Positions 61,703 to 64,000 of a stretch of 64,000 nucleotides of DNA are shown here, piece after piece. This DNA comes from Eledone cirrhosa. Lineage: Eukaryota. The DNA lies in the NCBI GenBank assembly GCA_964016885.1, contig OZ024742.1, forward strand, positions 322,152,001 through 322,216,000, in the 5' to 3' direction. The notes below the pieces were generated by a model. It saw only the letters and a list, made by a program, of their open reading frames with translations, made no database searches and was not told the origin of the DNA. The stretch's first letter is position 1, and each line of letters begins with the position of its first letter. Made by a program: the position numbers and the translations under genes.

Positions 61703-61741
61703 TGAACCTGAAGATTGCGAAAGCATGAAAGTACTTGTTCA
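61703..61741 (+). ncRNA. Hammerhead ribozyme lacking helix II
   Basis: UGAAC-CUGAAGA-UUGC-GAA-AGcAU(gaaa)GUaCU-U-GUUCA. Confidence 0.7.
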
Positions 61742-61914
61742 ATTAACACTTAACATTTAATATTCTATCATACTATTTCATTATAATAGCATTATAAGTT
61801 TTAAAGGTTTGTAAATAAAACGAGTAAATCAGACTAAGTTGGAATTCCTCTTATTAATATAATCTTCTATACACAATTATACATACCCGTGTATATTTAT
61901 CTATCTATATATAT

Positions 61915-62110
<196 letters not shown>

Positions 62111-62162
62111 ATATATACATGTATATATATGTATATATATATGTATATATATATGTATATAT

Positions 62163-62353
<191 letters not shown>

Positions 62354-62424
62354 ATATATATATATATATATATATATGCATATATATATACATATACATA
62401 TACACATATATATATATATATATA

Positions 62425-62497
<73 letters not shown>

Positions 62498-62503
62498 ATA
62501 TAC

Positions 62504-62537
<34 letters not shown>

Positions 62538-62614
62538 ACATATATTATGAAGAGAGAAGAAACACTTAGATATAATTAGTAATAAAATGTATCATACCTA
62601 AACTGCTTCTAGAT

Positions 62615-62704
62615 TCCTCGACTACGTAGTTTCGTGGCATAAACAAAAACAATACATCATAGAGATATAGAGCCTTTGCGAGGTCTGCCGACTTATCAAG
62701 AGGA
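62615..62704 (-). ncRNA. Type I hammerhead ribozyme, U3-A8 core
   Basis: UCCUC-UUGAUAA-g..GGCA...UGCC..c-GAA-ACUACGUAGU-C-GAGGA. Confidence 0.8.
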
Positions 62705-63207
62705 TACCTCGTTTTACTAGCCTCAAGAACACGTCTATATGATGTGAGAAAGAATCCCAAAAGGCGGAGGGGGAGACAGTCACGTGATACAACGGTCAAG
62801 AAACAGAGCTAAGCCCCTTATAACCCCGAAAAAAATACCACGGAGGCGGAGGGGTATTTATATCGAAGCCGTAGAAGAGGTGGTTAAGGAGGCGAGAAGT
62901 ATGAGTAATGGCAGCTTTCCAGCAGTCACTACACTTCAAAGATTACTCGACCAGAGGGAGTTATGAACAATATATTGAGAAACACACAGATACATGCGGA
63001 CACACACATATACATGAATATATCCACATCCATCCTTGAGTTAATGGTGCCAACCTTAACCGATGTTGCTCTATGAATAACTGGGACAAACCAATCCGAA
63101 TGGATTAGACTGAACCAGTATCAGAGCTAAAAGTACATTATGAAAAGAGAAGAAACATTTAGATATAATTAGTAATAAAATGTATCATACCTAAACTGCT
63201 CCTAGAT

Positions 63208-63297
63208 TCCTCGACTACGTAGTTTCGTGGCATAAATAAAAACAATACATCATAGAGATATAGAGCCTTTGCGAGGTCTGCCGACTTATCAAGAGGA
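63208..63297 (-). ncRNA. Type I hammerhead ribozyme, U3-A8 core
   Basis: Second copy of 62615-62704. Confidence 0.8.
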
Positions 63298-63425
63298 TAC
63301 CTCGTTTTACTAGCCTCAAGAACACGTCTATATGATGTGAGAAAGAATCCCAAAAGGCGGAGGGGGAGACATTCACGTGATATAACGGTCAAGAAACAGA
63401 GCTAAGCCCCTTATAACCCCTATAT

Positions 63426-63459
<34 letters not shown>

Positions 63460-63464
63460 ACATA

Positions 63465-64000
63465 TACATCCGACCACCCTTCCCCAACTAACATACTAAC
63501 ATCCCTCCCTTCTTCTCCTCCCATCCTTATCACACGCACACACCCACCGGTACATATATACACGCGCTCACACTAAACACACACCCTACTACTACCACTA
63601 ACCCTCACCCCCACACATCCACCCCACCACCCCGCAACTAACATCACTAACACCCCCTTACACCACCCACGAACACACACACCCACTTACACACCCACTC
63701 TACACGCAACTAACATAACTAACACCCTCCAACCCTATGCACACGAACACACACACCCTCTTACACCACCCACTCTACACACCCTACCACCACTGACCCC
63801 CACTCACACCCGCATTCAACCCTTTCTCCACCTCCAGTATACTAACACCCACTAACACCCCCTTCACCACACACACACTCATCCAAACACGCACACACAC
63901 ACCAGTACACTACACTCCCTCCATCGGCCCCCACACCCTTCTCTCCCCGCTCCACCCTTTCTCAAACACACACACATCCCACTTACACCTCTACTAATAT
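63465..64000 (+). mobile_element. Second, diverged copy of the C/A-rich PLE 3' UTR
   Basis: Co-linear with ~56740-57280. Confidence 0.75.

Larger units (their letters stand above)
61030..61860. mobile_element. Inverted HHR element (61030-61227 vs 61663-61860)
   Basis: Reverse-complement arms of ~200 bp, each carrying an HHR. Confidence 0.8.
62545..63420 (-). mobile_element. 593-bp HHR unit, ~1.5 tandem copies in (TA)n
   Basis: 62545-62827 is repeated at 63138-63420. Confidence 0.8.

Overview
AT-rich, microsatellite-saturated eukaryotic (animal) non-coding DNA. The repeat repertoire suggests a cephalopod/octopus-type genome, but this is inference only. I found no credible host-gene exon; nearly all long ORFs in the track are translated microsatellites. 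The real content is mobile DNA: (i) several Penelope-like element (PLE) remnants encoding RT and/or GIY-YIG endonuclease, including a ~4.2 kb chimeric copy with a duplicated RT core; (ii) an R4/Dong-type LINE fragment in (TAA)n, a CR1/L2-type LINE fragment, an RTE-derived non-autonomous family, tRNA-derived SINEs and a mariner-type MITE; (iii) about 29 near-intact minimal type I hammerhead ribozyme (HHR) motifs counted by eye, from more than a dozen unrelated short repeat families. These HHR elements sit in (TA)n tracts as tandem or inverted (fold-back) units. The clearest is a 300-bp x ~5.3 head-to-tail array (44295-45890) with one HHR per unit, i.e. a retrozyme-like / PLE pseudo-LTR array predicted to give 300-nt self-cleaved monomers and possibly circular RNAs. 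Several HHRs carry non-standard cores (U3-A8 swap, U4A, U4C, no helix II). All structures were read by eye; none was folded computationally or tested.
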